Positions 54,352 through 64,000 of a stretch of DNA of 64,000 nucleotides are shown piece after piece (the first letter of the stretch is position 1; every line of letters begins with the position of its first letter). Source of the DNA: an uncultured Candidatus Saccharibacteria bacterium (GTDB lineage Bacteria > Patescibacteriota > Minisyncoccia > Phycocordibacterales > DSPV01); contig CAYGFK010000003.1 in assembly GCA_964349135.1 (NCBI GenBank), forward strand, positions 12,252 through 76,251, in the 5' to 3' direction. Below the pieces are notes generated by a model. That model searched no databases, was not told where the DNA came from, and saw nothing but the letters and a program-made list of their open reading frames with translations. A program made the translations under genes and the position numbers.

Positions 54352-55572
54352 ATGAAACCATACACTCCTCCGAAGAAGATTCTTGAACGATACGCCGATG
54401 TGCTCGTGAATTTCGCGCTTCGAGACGGGAAGGGGATAAAGAAGGGTGACGTGGTGCATCTCATCGCCTACGAGGTGGCGAAGCCACTGTATCGTGAATT
54501 GAGACTTGCGATTCTGAAAGCCGGTGGACACGTCATTGGCGATTACCGCCCTGATTCAGGGGGACAATTCTCTTTTGACAGGGATTTCTTTGAGCAGGCA
54601 AAACCACATCAAGTCTCGTTTTTCCCGAAGACCTATGCGCGGGGTATGCTTGAACAAATTGACCACTCCATCTTTATTTTGAGTGAAGTGGATAAGCGTG
54701 AACTTGAAGGCGTTTCTCCGCAGAAAATTATGCGACGCGGTCTCGCGTGGAAGCCCTATATGGATTGGCGAACCGAAAAAGAGAATAAAGGGAAATTTAC
54801 GTGGACACTCGCACTGTATGGTACTGAAGCGGAAGCTCGTGAGGCAGGCCTTTCACTGAAGGCGTATTGGCGCGAGATTATCAAGGCATGTTTTCTCGAT
54901 AAGAGTAATCCAATAGCTGAGTGGAAGAAGTTGTATCGGAAACTTGAGCGGACGCGCACGAAGCTCAACGCGCTCCCGATAGAGACTCTGCATGTTGTCG
55001 GACCCGATGTCGACCTCTTTGTGCACCTTGGCAAGAAGCGGAAATGGATGGGTGGCTCAGGACGCAATATTCCATCCTTCGAACTCTTTACTTCGCCCGA
55101 TTGGCGCGGAACGAACGGGTGGATACGTTTTAATCAGCCACTCTATCGTTATGGTTCTCTCATTGAAGGTATTGAGCTTTGGTTTAAAAATGGACGCGTG
55201 GTAAAGTCGCGGGCACGTAAAAATGAAAAAGTGCTGAGGGCGATGATACGGACAGAACACGCGGATAAGATAGGGGAGTATTCGCTGACCGATAAGCGAT
55301 TTTCGCGAATCACGAAATTCATGGCCGAGACTTTGTATGACGAAAACATTGGCGGTCCACACGGCAATACGCACTTGGCACTTGGGAACTCATATCATGA
55401 TTGTTACCTCGGCGACCCGGGAGAGTTGTCACCTGAAGATTGGGAAAATCTGGGGTTTAATAATTCATCGGTACACACCGATATCATCTCGACCGCACCG
55501 CGTACGGTGACGGCTCATATGAGAGACGGCTCGACGAAGGTCATTTATAACAATGGCATGTTTGTGTTCTAG
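54352..55572 (+). CDS. M29-family aminopeptidase (AmpS/PepS-like)
   Basis: N-terminal LERYADVLVNFALRDGKGIKKGDVVHL and overall length match M29; good Shine-Dalgarno (GGAGG). Confidence 0.65.
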   Translation: MKPYTPPKKILERYADVLVNFALRDGKGIKKGDVVHLIAYEVAKPLYRELRLAILKAGGHVIGDYRPDSGGQFSFDRDFFEQAKPHQVSFFPKTYARGMLEQIDHSIFILSEVDKRELEGVSPQKIMRRGLAWKPYMDWRTEKENKGKFTWTLALYGTEAEAREAGLSLKAYWREIIKACFLDKSNPIAEWKKLYRKLERTRTKLNALPIETLHVVGPDVDLFVHLGKKRKWMGGSGRNIPSFELFTSPDWRGTNGWIRFNQPLYRYGSLIEGIELWFKNGRVVKSRARKNEKVLRAMIRTEHADKIGEYSLTDKRFSRITKFMAETLYDENIGGPHGNTHLALGNSYHDCYLGDPGELSPEDWENLGFNNSSVHTDIISTAPRTVTAHMRDGSTKVIYNNGMFVF

Positions 55573-55603
55573 TTTTTCCTAAGCAGTGCTATAATGACGC
55601 CCC

Positions 55604-56344
55604 ATGGCAATACTTGAGATAAAGGAATTACGGAAAGATTTCGGTGACGTGCGGGCCGTAAGAGGTCTCTCGTTTGATGTGGCTGAAGGGACTATCACGG
55701 GACTTTTGGGGCCGAATGGTGCGGGTAAGACGACGACTATCCAGATGATACTCGACCTCATTACACCGACATCGGGGGAGATAAAACTCTTTGGTATGCC
55801 AATGAAGCGACATCGCGAGGAAATTCTCAATCAAATCAATTTCTCGTCGCCTTACGTTGCCTTGCCCGGCAACCTCCGCGTCTGGGAGAATCTATATACT
55901 TTCGCGCGCCTCTACGGAGTAAGGAATATCGATAAGAGAATCGATGAACTTGCCGATTTTTTCAACATTAGAAAGCTCTTACCTCGCATGACAGCAACAC
56001 TTTCAACCGGCCAACTGACGCGACTCAATCTTACGAAGGCACTGCTCAACGAACCGAAGCTCCTGCTTCTCGATGAGCCGACGGCATCACTTGACCCAGA
56101 TATTGCCGACAAGACGCGTCACATGCTCAAGCGAATTCAGAAAGAGCGCGGGGTTACGATTCTCTATACGTCGCATAACATGCAGGAAGTCGAAGAGATT
56201 TGCGATGACGTCATCTTTATTGACCAAGGGACATTCAAGGACAGGGGAAGACCGGCGGATTTGGTAAAGAAATACGGCCACAAAGATTTAAATGATGTGT
56301 TTCTTGAGATTGCCCGGGCTACTACGTCTAGCGAAGAAGACTAA
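55604..56344 (+). CDS. ABC transporter ATP-binding protein (ABC-2 exporter type)
   Basis: GLLGPNGAGKTTT; LSTGQ signature; LLLDEPT. Confidence 0.8.
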   Translation: MAILEIKELRKDFGDVRAVRGLSFDVAEGTITGLLGPNGAGKTTTIQMILDLITPTSGEIKLFGMPMKRHREEILNQINFSSPYVALPGNLRVWENLYTFARLYGVRNIDKRIDELADFFNIRKLLPRMTATLSTGQLTRLNLTKALLNEPKLLLLDEPTASLDPDIADKTRHMLKRIQKERGVTILYTSHNMQEVEEICDDVIFIDQGTFKDRGRPADLVKKYGHKDLNDVFLEIARATTSSEED

Positions 56345-56345
56345 T

Positions 56346-57134
56346 ATGAAATTCCATCGAATTAACGCACTGCTCATACGCCATCTCTACCTTTACAAGA
56401 GGTCGATGCCTCGCTTGATGGACGTTTTCTTTTGGCCTGTTATGGAGCTCGTGCTGTGGGGATTTATCAGTGTGTATATAAACGAGCTCGGCCTTGCCGG
56501 TTTTAACGCTATCACCGTACTGCTTGGCGCGATTATTTTTTGGGACTTGCTTACGCAGGCGCAACGCGCGGTCTCCGTCTCGTTTCTTGAAGATGTCTGG
56601 GAGCGGAATTTCCTCAATATCTTTGTGACGCCACTGCGTTTAAGTGAATTTCTTGCGTCAACCGTGGTGCTCGCTTTTGTTCGCATTCTGCTTGTAGGTG
56701 TGGTGATGAGTGTTCTCGGATTCCTTTTCTACCACTTCAATTTTCTTGATTTCGGAATATATCTTGTCCCATTTATGCTCAACCTCCTCGTGTTCGGTTC
56801 TGCCATAGGACTTTTTACAACCGCCATCATCCTCCGCTATGGCACCTCGGCACAGGTGCTTGCGTTCGGACTCATGTTTTTGGTCCAGCCATTTTCCGCC
56901 GTATTCTATCCGGTTTCAGTGCTTCCGGAGATAGCGCAGTGGGTTGCCTATCTCTTGCCGTCGACGTATGTATTCGAGGGAATGCGTGCGGTTATTGAAA
57001 CGGGCTCTCTGCCGAGCAACCTTCTCCTTGGAGCCATTGTCTCCAACCTCATTTTCTTTGTTCTGTTCTCATGGTATTTCTACCATTCGTTCGCTATTGT
57101 GAAGAGGAAGGGTAAGCTCCTCAAACTCGACTAA
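56346..57134 (+). CDS. ABC-2 family transporter permease
   Basis: Six TM helices, directly after the ATPase. Start at MKFHRIN. Confidence 0.65.
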   Translation: MKFHRINALLIRHLYLYKRSMPRLMDVFFWPVMELVLWGFISVYINELGLAGFNAITVLLGAIIFWDLLTQAQRAVSVSFLEDVWERNFLNIFVTPLRLSEFLASTVVLAFVRILLVGVVMSVLGFLFYHFNFLDFGIYLVPFMLNLLVFGSAIGLFTTAIILRYGTSAQVLAFGLMFLVQPFSAVFYPVSVLPEIAQWVAYLLPSTYVFEGMRAVIETGSLPSNLLLGAIVSNLIFFVLFSWYFYHSFAIVKRKGKLLKLD

Positions 57135-57158
57135 ACGAAACAGGATATACTATAGAGT

Positions 57159-57584
57159 ATGACTCAGGAATCTAAGCCACGACACCCCATAAGGCCGATT
57201 ATTCACTTTTTCGATAAACTTGAGGATAAGATTCGCGCATGGCTTTCGCGACGACCTATTACCTACAGTCTCATTGGAGGCGTTGCCATTGTTCTCTTTT
57301 GGCGCGGTATTTGGATGTTTGCCGACGAGGTCGGTCTGTCATCTGTAGCCTCTATTGTGGTGAGTGTTGCCGTAATGCTTTTGACGGGACTATTCGTTTC
57401 GTTCTTCGTTGGAGACCGTATCGTACTCTCCGGTTTACGTCATGACAAGAAACTTATTGAGAAGACTGAAGAGGAATTGAAATCAGAATCTGATACGATT
57501 GCCGATGTACGCTCAGAGCTTCGTCAGATAGAAAAAAAGCTCGAGCATCTCGATGAAGATAATCACCCTCACTCGTCGTCGTAG
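57159..57584 (+). CDS. Hypothetical small membrane protein (2 TM) with charged coiled-coil C-terminus
   Basis: Hydrophobic core then EKTEEELKSESDTIADVRSELRQIEKKLEHLDED. Confidence 0.4.
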   Translation: MTQESKPRHPIRPIIHFFDKLEDKIRAWLSRRPITYSLIGGVAIVLFWRGIWMFADEVGLSSVASIVVSVAVMLLTGLFVSFFVGDRIVLSGLRHDKKLIEKTEEELKSESDTIADVRSELRQIEKKLEHLDEDNHPHSSS

Positions 57585-57586
57585 TC

Positions 57587-58213
57587 CTAGAGCGTCTCGA
57601 GGTTTTCGGCCCGTATTTCTTTTGAAATAATTTCGGCTCGGTCGTTGAGTTTGTAGACAATCGCTTCTCCTGTCCGTATCTCGATAGTATCGATGTCGCG
57701 GTCCTCGATATGTTCAAGCCGTTTGACGAGTGCGCGCAGACTGTTACCGCTTGATACGATGATGACACTTTTTTTCTGAAGTAAGTGGGGTCGAATGTTT
57801 TTTTCGTAATAGGGGACCGTGCGTTCGTAGACTTGCTTGAGTGATTCTCCTTCCGGAATGGGCACATCCCACCCTCGTCGGATATTGGTGAACATTTCTT
57901 CACCAACTTCATCCTTGATTTCCCACTTGTTTTTCCCGGTATAGATTCCGTAGTCTCGTTCATTGAGTGCGACATCTTCGACAATGGGAATGTGTGTGAG
58001 GTTGAGTTCCTTGAGAATGATAGCGAGCGTTTCTTTGGCGCGTTTAAGTACTGACGTGTACGCGTACTCTATCGGGAGGTCTTTGAGGGCCTCGGCTGTG
58101 TTTCGCGCTTCTTCGCGCCCTTTTTCCACAAGGTCGACATCGGTAAAGCCGGTCCAAAGCCCTTTTTCGTTCCATTCGCTTCTACCGTGTCGTACTAAGA
58201 TGAGATAGGTCAT
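57587..58213 (-). CDS. gpmA: 2,3-bisphosphoglycerate-dependent phosphoglycerate mutase (histidine phosphatase family)
   Basis: [25 protein letters not shown]. Confidence 0.8.
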   Translation of the reverse strand: MTYLILVRHGRSEWNEKGLWTGFTDVDLVEKGREEARNTAEALKDLPIEYAYTSVLKRAKETLAIILKELNLTHIPIVEDVALNERDYGIYTGKNKWEIKDEVGEEMFTNIRRGWDVPIPEGESLKQVYERTVPYYEKNIRPHLLQKKSVIIVSSGNSLRALVKRLEHIEDRDIDTIEIRTGEAIVYKLNDRAEIISKEIRAENLETL

Positions 58214-59457
58214 ACGTTTTCTAGAGTTTCTTCTATTCGTAACAACTCATTATACTTTGCGGTTCGTTCTCCATGGCAAGGAGCGCCTGCTTTGATAAAT
58301 CCGGTTCCAAGTCCGACTGAGAGGTGGGCAATGGTCGCGTCTTCCGTTTCGCCCGAACGGTGCGAGATAATGGCTCTGAATCCCGCGTCATGTGCCGCAC
58401 GTACTACATCAATGGTCTCGGTGACGCTCCCAATCTGGTTTAATTTAACGAGGATACTGTTTGCACTTTTCTCCTTGATACCTCGGTTCAGGCGTTTGAC
58501 GTTGGTAACAAATAAATCGTCACCCACAATGGTTGCTTTGGAGCCGAGTTTTTCGGTGAGCACCTTCCAGTCGCTCCAGCCATCCTCTTCCAATCCATCT
58601 TCAATTGAGACGAGTGAGAATTCTCGAGCCCACTTTTCGTAGAGCTCTACGAGCTCATGGGCTGATACGGTTCTGTTTTCTGAGGCAAGCTCGTATTTAC
58701 CGTCTTTGAAGAAACTCGATGCGGCCACGTCGATAGCGAGTCCGACTTCTTTACCGGGCGTATATCCCGCGACACTGATAGCTTCCGTTAGCAGTTTTAA
58801 CGCATCCTCGTTTTTTGGGAGCGCTGGCGCAAACCCTCCTTCGTCGCCTGAGAGTGTGGAGAGTTTTTGTTTTTTGAGTAGTGATTTAAGCGCATGAAAT
58901 ATTTCGGTGCCGATACGAAGACGTTCGGCAAAAGACCCGACCCTTGGCATCACCATGAATTCTTGTATGTCGGTTCCTCCGGGAGCGTGTTTTCCTCCAT
59001 TGAGAATGTTCATCATTGGTATGGGAAGGGACGGTTCTGCACCTCCTGAGAGCGTGTTAAAGTATTTCCAGAGTGGAAGTGAGTCACTTGTGGCGTGCGC
59101 TTTCGCGAATGCCATGGATACCGCAAGTATGCTATTGGCACCCAGTTTCTTTTTTTGTTCTGTGCCGTCGAGGAGAATAAGTGCATGGTCAAGCGTGCGT
59201 TGGTCGAACGCTCTTCCTGTGACAGCGGGAGCGATGATGTTACGAATTACGCTGACCGCTTTTTGGACACCCTTTCCGTCATATCGGCCTGAGTCGTTAT
59301 CTCGGAGCTCGGTTGCTTCATGGATACCGGTCGAAGCTCCTGATGGCACGCTCGCTCTCCCAAAGCCACCACCGGTGAGTACGAGGTCAGCTTCTACGGT
59401 TGGGTTGCCACGCGAGTCGAGTATTTCTCGGGCTACGATTGAGCGTATAGTTTTCAT
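58210..59457 (-). CDS. eno: Enolase
   Basis: [19 protein letters not shown]... full-length enolase. Confidence 0.9.
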   Translation of the reverse strand: MKTIRSIVAREILDSRGNPTVEADLVLTGGGFGRASVPSGASTGIHEATELRDNDSGRYDGKGVQKAVSVIRNIIAPAVTGRAFDQRTLDHALILLDGTEQKKKLGANSILAVSMAFAKAHATSDSLPLWKYFNTLSGGAEPSLPIPMMNILNGGKHAPGGTDIQEFMVMPRVGSFAERLRIGTEIFHALKSLLKKQKLSTLSGDEGGFAPALPKNEDALKLLTEAISVAGYTPGKEVGLAIDVAASSFFKDGKYELASENRTVSAHELVELYEKWAREFSLVSIEDGLEEDGWSDWKVLTEKLGSKATIVGDDLFVTNVKRLNRGIKEKSANSILVKLNQIGSVTETIDVVRAAHDAGFRAIISHRSGETEDATIAHLSVGLGTGFIKAGAPCHGERTAKYNELLRIEETLENV

Positions 59458-59543
59458 AGGGAATATTATACGGTATTTTTAGAGAGATAGCGCGGGTGTG
59501 CCTTTTGACATATAATCAGACCCCTCACGTAACTATTTAAGCT

Positions 59544-60095
59544 ATGAGTAAGAAAGATGAGAACATCGAAATTCCAGTCGTACTTGGTACGGCAAGAGAA
59601 GGAAGAGAGTCCGAGAAGATTGCTCGGCATGTATGTAGCGCACTTGCGAATCAGCGAGGTGTCTCGACGAGACTGGTTGATGTGCGAGATTTTGTCATGA
59701 CGCGAACCATTCCTGGATGGGAGGAGCATGCCGAAACAAGGGCGTGGAAGGATATTGCGAACCACGCCGACGGATTTATTTTCGTATTTCCTGAATACAA
59801 TAGAGGGTATCCCGGAGAGTTCAAAATGCTTCTTGATTCGGCCTACGATGAGTATGATATGAAGCCAGCCGGAATTGTCAGTGTTTCAAACGGTTCATAC
59901 GGTGGTGCTGCCGGAGCTGAGGCCATAAAACAAGTGCTCTCGGAGCTTGGTATGGTGGCGCTTCGAAAAGAGGTGCGCGTGCAAAGCGTTGAATCGGTCG
60001 ATATGACGGTGTACCGAGAAAGAATAGAGGCGCTTTTCGAGCTCGTGCTTAGATATGCACGTGTTCTTAAGAAGGCACGCGAGGAAGAGTCGTAA
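59544..60095 (+). CDS. NADPH-dependent FMN reductase / flavodoxin-like oxidoreductase
   Basis: IPVVLGTAREGRESEKIARHV...FVFPEYNRGYPG. Confidence 0.65.
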   Translation: MSKKDENIEIPVVLGTAREGRESEKIARHVCSALANQRGVSTRLVDVRDFVMTRTIPGWEEHAETRAWKDIANHADGFIFVFPEYNRGYPGEFKMLLDSAYDEYDMKPAGIVSVSNGSYGGAAGAEAIKQVLSELGMVALRKEVRVQSVESVDMTVYRERIEALFELVLRYARVLKKAREEES

Positions 60096-60104
60096 CACAA
60101 GATA

Positions 60105-60998
60105 ATGGATACCCGCATCCGTATCGTAGTTCATAACGGAACGTTCCACGCAGACGATGTTTTTGCGGTCGCGTCTTTACTGCGAGTGCTTGAATCGAAA
60201 CCCGTTGAGGTTCGTGTGGTGAGGACTCGAGATGAAAAGATGATTGAGGAGGCTGATTTTGTTGTTGATGTCGGTGCGGTCTATAATCCAGAGCGAGAGC
60301 GCTTTGACCATCATCAGCCGGGAGGCGCGGGGGAGCGGGAGAACGGGGTCCCGTATGCCGCCTTTGGGCTTGTGTGGAAGAAGTATGGTGCAACTATTGC
60401 CGGTTCCGTCGAGGCGGCATCGTTCGTTGATAGAGTGCTCGTGCAACCGATAGACTACGGTGACAATAGCGGTTCACCGCTTTCAGAGTTCGTACCGGGC
60501 GTGTATCCGTATACGATAGATAGAATCGTATCCGTGTTTGATAAGACATTCTTGGAACCGGAGCGGGATACCGATGAGCAATTTTTTAAATTGGTAGGAT
60601 TCGCCAAAGAAATTATTATACGAGAAGTCGCCGAAGCTCACGCACTCGCCGAAGCTCGGAAGTATGTTGAGGATGCGTATTCGAAGTCGGTCGACAAACG
60701 AATTGTGGTTCTTGAAAAGAAGACTCCGTGGTACCACGTGATACAGGATAAACCTGAAACACTATTCATTGTTTTTCCGGATGGCGACAGTGGTCGGTGG
60801 GGGGTAAGTGCCGTGCGTAAAGGAATGTATGACTTTTCGAACCGGAAAGATTTCCCGTTTGAGTGGGCAGGGAAGAGAGACGAGGACCTCGCGAGGGTCT
60901 CAGGAGTCGACGATGCGGTGTTTTGCCATCGCCGGCTGTTCTTTGCTGTCGCAGGAAGTAAGGAGGGCGCGCTCGCACTTGCGCAGAAAGCGGTGTAA
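60105..60998 (+). CDS. MYG1/UPF0160-family metal-dependent hydrolase
   Basis: IVVHNGTFHADDVFAVASL...DHHQ. Confidence 0.65.
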   Translation: MDTRIRIVVHNGTFHADDVFAVASLLRVLESKPVEVRVVRTRDEKMIEEADFVVDVGAVYNPERERFDHHQPGGAGERENGVPYAAFGLVWKKYGATIAGSVEAASFVDRVLVQPIDYGDNSGSPLSEFVPGVYPYTIDRIVSVFDKTFLEPERDTDEQFFKLVGFAKEIIIREVAEAHALAEARKYVEDAYSKSVDKRIVVLEKKTPWYHVIQDKPETLFIVFPDGDSGRWGVSAVRKGMYDFSNRKDFPFEWAGKRDEDLARVSGVDDAVFCHRRLFFAVAGSKEGALALAQKAV

Positions 60999-61012
60999 GC
61001 TGTCTCTACTAT

Positions 61013-61990
61013 ATGGCATTTGTTGATGAATTATCAGTTCGCTTGCGAGCCGGCCACGGTGGGGACGGTGTGGTTCGTTGGCGTCACGAGAAAAATAAAG
61101 ACAAAGGAGGCCCCTCCGGTGGTAATGGTGGAAGGGGTGGAAGTCTTTATGCATGTGCGGTTAGTGATATCGGACTTTTGGCACGTTATCGTGGTACGAA
61201 AGAGTTCAGCGCGGGGGATGGTGAGAACGGGAAAGAGAATCTGAAGCATGGAGCTGACGGGGAAGATTTTATTTTAGATGTGCCTATTGGCTCAATTGTG
61301 AAGAATCTTTTGACCGGGGAAGAGTTTGACCTGTCCAGGGCAGGCGACCGCGTCCTTTTGCTTGCCGGAGGGAAGGGAGGGTTAGGCAATGCTCGTTTTA
61401 AGGGCTCGGCACATCAGAGACCGGAAGAGTGGACTCCCGGCGAAAAAGGAGAGGAAGCTGATTTTGATATCGAACTGAGACTCATTGCCGATGCAGGTCT
61501 CATAGGTCTTCCTAATGCCGGAAAGTCGAGTTTGCTCAATACACTTACTCGGGCGAATGCCCGCATAGGTGCGTATGCGTTTACGACACTGGAACCGAAT
61601 CTCGGTGCCTTTCAGGGTTTTATTCTTGCCGATATTCCCGGACTTATTGAGGGGGCGGCATCAGGAAAAGGGCTTGGACATAAATTTTTACGCCATATCA
61701 AACGCACCAAAGCGCTCTTCCACTGTATTTCTCTGGAACATGAAGACCCTGAAGAGGCATATCGCACCGTTCGTAAAGAGCTGGAGCTCTACAACCCTGA
61801 ACTAATCGAGAAACCGGAACTCCTCGTCCTGACTAAGAGCGACACCGTCGACACACAGCGTCTCGCGAAGGCCAGTGCATGGGCGCTGACGCATGCCGAA
61901 CATGTTTACGTGGTATCGGTACTTGATGATGACTCCATCGAGCGTTTTTCAAAGGGGGTGGTGCAGACACTTGGCGCATTGTCAAAGTAA
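61013..61990 (+). CDS. obg: GTPase Obg/CgtA
   Basis: MAFVDELSVRLRAGHGGDGVVRWR.EKNKDKGGPSGGNGGRGGS...; G1 motif GLPNAGKSS. Confidence 0.9.
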   Translation: MAFVDELSVRLRAGHGGDGVVRWRHEKNKDKGGPSGGNGGRGGSLYACAVSDIGLLARYRGTKEFSAGDGENGKENLKHGADGEDFILDVPIGSIVKNLLTGEEFDLSRAGDRVLLLAGGKGGLGNARFKGSAHQRPEEWTPGEKGEEADFDIELRLIADAGLIGLPNAGKSSLLNTLTRANARIGAYAFTTLEPNLGAFQGFILADIPGLIEGAASGKGLGHKFLRHIKRTKALFHCISLEHEDPEEAYRTVRKELELYNPELIEKPELLVLTKSDTVDTQRLAKASAWALTHAEHVYVVSVLDDDSIERFSKGVVQTLGALSK

Positions 61991-62044
61991 AAGGGTTCCA
62001 TGGCAATACGTCTCCTCTTTTTGTTCATGATATAGTAGAAGTCT

Positions 62045-63472
62045 ATGGCTCGACACTACTACCCGACAATCGGTCTGGAAATTCATGCGGAGCTAAAGAC
62101 CGTTACCAAGATGTTCTGCGACTCGCGGAATGACCCAGAAGAAAAGCGTCCAAACGTGAATGTGTGCCCTGTTTGTATGGGGCATCCGGGAACGCTTCCG
62201 ACTGTCAATAAAGAAGCGGTACGGCACATTTTGAAAGTCGGACTTGCGGTAGGTGGAGAACTTGCCGACTATTCGGAGTTTGACCGAAAGAACTATTTTT
62301 ACCCCGATATTCCGAAAGGGTATCAGATAAGCCAGTACGCGTACCCGCTCGTTAAGGGGGGAACGCTTGCCGGTGTTGCTCTGACGCGTATTCATCTTGA
62401 AGAAGATACGGCGAAGTCGTCGCATGTCGGAGAGGGGATTGGGGCGCACAGTCTTGTAGATTTCAATCGTGCCGGTGTGCCACTCATGGAACTTGTGACG
62501 GAGCCGGTCATTCTTGACGCAGAGACGGCAGTGGCGTTCGCGCGTGAATTACAACTTTTACTCCGGACACTTGGAGTTGCGGAGACAAACATGGAGAAAG
62601 GGGAGATGCGTGTTGAGGCAAATATTTCGGTTAGCGCGGAGAAGGGTGTGTTTGGTAAGAAGGTAGAGGTGAAGAATCTTAATTCTTTTCGGAGTGTTGA
62701 ACGAGCGATTGCGTTTGAACTCAAGCGCCAGCAAGAGGTTCTTGAGGAGGGCGGGGAAGTCGTCCAAGAGACTCGAGGATGGGATGAGGAAAACGGACGG
62801 ACGTTCTCACAGCGCATGAAAGAAGAGTCACATGATTATCGGTATTTCCCGGACCCAGATATTCCGAAGCTCAAGCTCTCGGAGGTTCAAGAATTTTCCC
62901 GGGAAGTTCTCCAGAAAGAGGTGCCTGAGTTGCCGTGGGAGAAACGAGTACGCCTTACGGAGACGTATGGATTGAAGAAAGAAGACGCGGAGTTATTTGT
63001 TGCCGACCGACAACTCGGTGATTTCTTTGAGGCGGTGAGTGAAATTCTCTCGGACAAAAAGAAGATAACACTCGCGTCGAATTACATTACCTCTGACCTC
63101 GTGGGCATGATGAGGGCATCGAAGCACGATACGCTACGCATTTTGCCTGCACCGTTTGCAGAACTTATTTCAATGGTCGCAAGCGGGAAACTTTCTTCGC
63201 GTGGTGCAAAAGATACACTGACGGTTATGTACGAAAAAGGAGGTGAGGCAAAACAGATTGCCGAAGAGAATGGGTTCATTCAGCAAAGCGATACCACGGC
63301 TCTCAGAGTTATTGTGCAGAAGATAATCGATGAGAATAAGGGGGTTGTAGAGGAGTATAAATCAGGCAAGGAGAGCTCCCTCCAGTACCTCATCGGGCAG
63401 TGTATGAAAGCCAGTAAGGGTAGCGCAAACCCAGTTTTGCTCAAAGAGCTTTTGAAAGGTCTTCTTCAGTAG
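62045..63472 (+). CDS. gatB: Asp-tRNA(Asn)/Glu-tRNA(Gln) amidotransferase subunit B
   Basis: YYPTIGLEIHAELKT.TKMFC...NVNVCPVC.GHPGTLP. Confidence 0.9.
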   Translation: MARHYYPTIGLEIHAELKTVTKMFCDSRNDPEEKRPNVNVCPVCMGHPGTLPTVNKEAVRHILKVGLAVGGELADYSEFDRKNYFYPDIPKGYQISQYAYPLVKGGTLAGVALTRIHLEEDTAKSSHVGEGIGAHSLVDFNRAGVPLMELVTEPVILDAETAVAFARELQLLLRTLGVAETNMEKGEMRVEANISVSAEKGVFGKKVEVKNLNSFRSVERAIAFELKRQQEVLEEGGEVVQETRGWDEENGRTFSQRMKEESHDYRYFPDPDIPKLKLSEVQEFSREVLQKEVPELPWEKRVRLTETYGLKKEDAELFVADRQLGDFFEAVSEILSDKKKITLASNYITSDLVGMMRASKHDTLRILPAPFAELISMVASGKLSSRGAKDTLTVMYEKGGEAKQIAEENGFIQQSDTTALRVIVQKIIDENKGVVEEYKSGKESSLQYLIGQCMKASKGSANPVLLKELLKGLLQ

Positions 63473-63492
63473 ATTACAGTATTTAGCTTAGA

Positions 63493-63526
63493 AATACCGT
63501 TACCGTGTGTAACGGTATTTTTTATT
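63493..63526 (+). terminator. Rho-independent terminator of gatB
   Basis: 11-bp stem AATACCGTTAC/GTAACGGTATT followed by TTTTTTATT. Confidence 0.75.
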
Positions 63527-63538
63527 GATAAATCACTT

Positions 63539-63554
63539 TCTCGGATATCCGAGA
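63539..63554. promoter_or_regulatory. Perfect 16-bp palindrome TCTCGGATATCCGAGA (candidate regulator-binding site)
   Basis: A related copy CATCTCGGATAACCGAGATG at 63909-63928 and a half-site ATCTCGGAT at 63576-63584, all in an AT-rich spacer with no ORF. Confidence 0.35.
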
Positions 63555-63908
63555 TACGGCTAATATCATAAATATCTCGGATTGAGGTATTGAATAAAGT
63601 GCCCTATGAAACTATTATAAGATAATCTAGTCACGTTCAAGACAATGAAATCCCTATCTTACAAGTTTTCTTTTTATGACATCTAATCATTATTACTGAA
63701 TCGAAGATTTTATTTGAATATATCAGTTTTCAGGTGTTTTCTAGGTGTTTGCTGACATTTACCGCTCAATGGACCATCTTAAAACTGATTTATAGGAATA
63801 TCTGGAATATTTCCCATCAGGATTGGGGCGCAGACCCACTTTTCTACGCTGTCGTTATACGTGTTTCATGGACGCTTACTTTTTTTGATGATTGATGTCT
63901 AAAAAACC

Positions 63909-63928
63909 CATCTCGGATAACCGAGATG
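63909..63928. promoter_or_regulatory. Second copy of the CTCGGATA..CCGAG palindrome
   Basis: 8-bp arms CATCTCGG/CCGAGATG; about 55 bp upstream of a possible ATG at 63983. Confidence 0.35.
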
Positions 63929-64000
63929 GCTTTATTTATCCACAGAAAATACGGGATAAACGAGCTATAAGTTGGTAAAATTATGTCTATATATGGGAAG

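Noticed and set aside
57454-57984. 176-aa minus-strand ORF overlapping gpmA in another frame
   Set aside because: gpmA frame (57587..58213) has a clear histidine-phosphatase signature; this ORF is a frame shadow.
1-64000. CRISPR arrays, rRNA and tRNA genes, transposases
   Set aside because: No evenly spaced direct repeats, no tRNA-like cloverleaf signatures (GGTTCGAATCC-type T-arms) in intergenic regions, and no DDE/serine/tyrosine recombinase motifs were seen.

Overview
This window looks like a chromosomal segment from an uncultured bacterium, about 50% GC; several features (Lamin-tail-domain proteins, an O-antigen-ligase-like protein fused to TPR repeats, an isolated TraD/VirD4-like ATPase) point tentatively to a CPR/Patescibacteria-like genome. 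The genes are tightly packed, and consecutive reading frames repeatedly overlap by 4 nt. Most of the window (about 3.8-45.6 kb) is one very large surface-glycan biosynthesis locus, and this is the most likely candidate for an undescribed system. It carries at least 12 glycosyltransferases (GT4, GT2, GT11 alpha-1,2-FucT-like, GT10 alpha-1,3-FucT-like, two GT-C membrane transferases and a GtrA-like flippase component). It has at least 8 SAM-methyltransferase domains (four in tandem, an FkbM-type, a TylF-type, a GT2-methyltransferase fusion and a Zn-ribbon/methyltransferase/kinase tri-domain protein) and a cobalamin-dependent radical-SAM enzyme. A sialic-acid-like (nonulosonic acid) module is present: a NeuB-family synthase, a CMP-sugar synthetase and a KdsC-family phosphatase. 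GDP-fucose enzymes are present (Gmd plus an epimerase/reductase). There is an activated-sugar or head-group module with an unusual nucleotidyltransferase-kinase fusion, two further nucleotidyltransferases, a cupin and two HAD phosphatases. Three tandem paralogs share identical 30-53 nt tracts. The locus also encodes a Wzm/Wzt-type ABC exporter, a small excisionase-family HTH regulator with tandem operator-like repeats, and an O-antigen-ligase-like/TPR protein. The rest of the window is housekeeping: murB, secA, Nudix, an M29 aminopeptidase, an ABC-2 exporter, gpmA, eno, an FMN reductase, MYG1, obg and gatB. Compact non-coding candidates are a 370-nt unit bounded by a consensus promoter and a terminator (400-808), a roughly 66-nt small RNA upstream of murB, a 27-codon lysine-rich micro-ORF before secA, and repeated perfect palindromes in a 500-bp AT-rich spacer at the 3' end. 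I found no rRNA, tRNA, CRISPR array, transposase or integrase.
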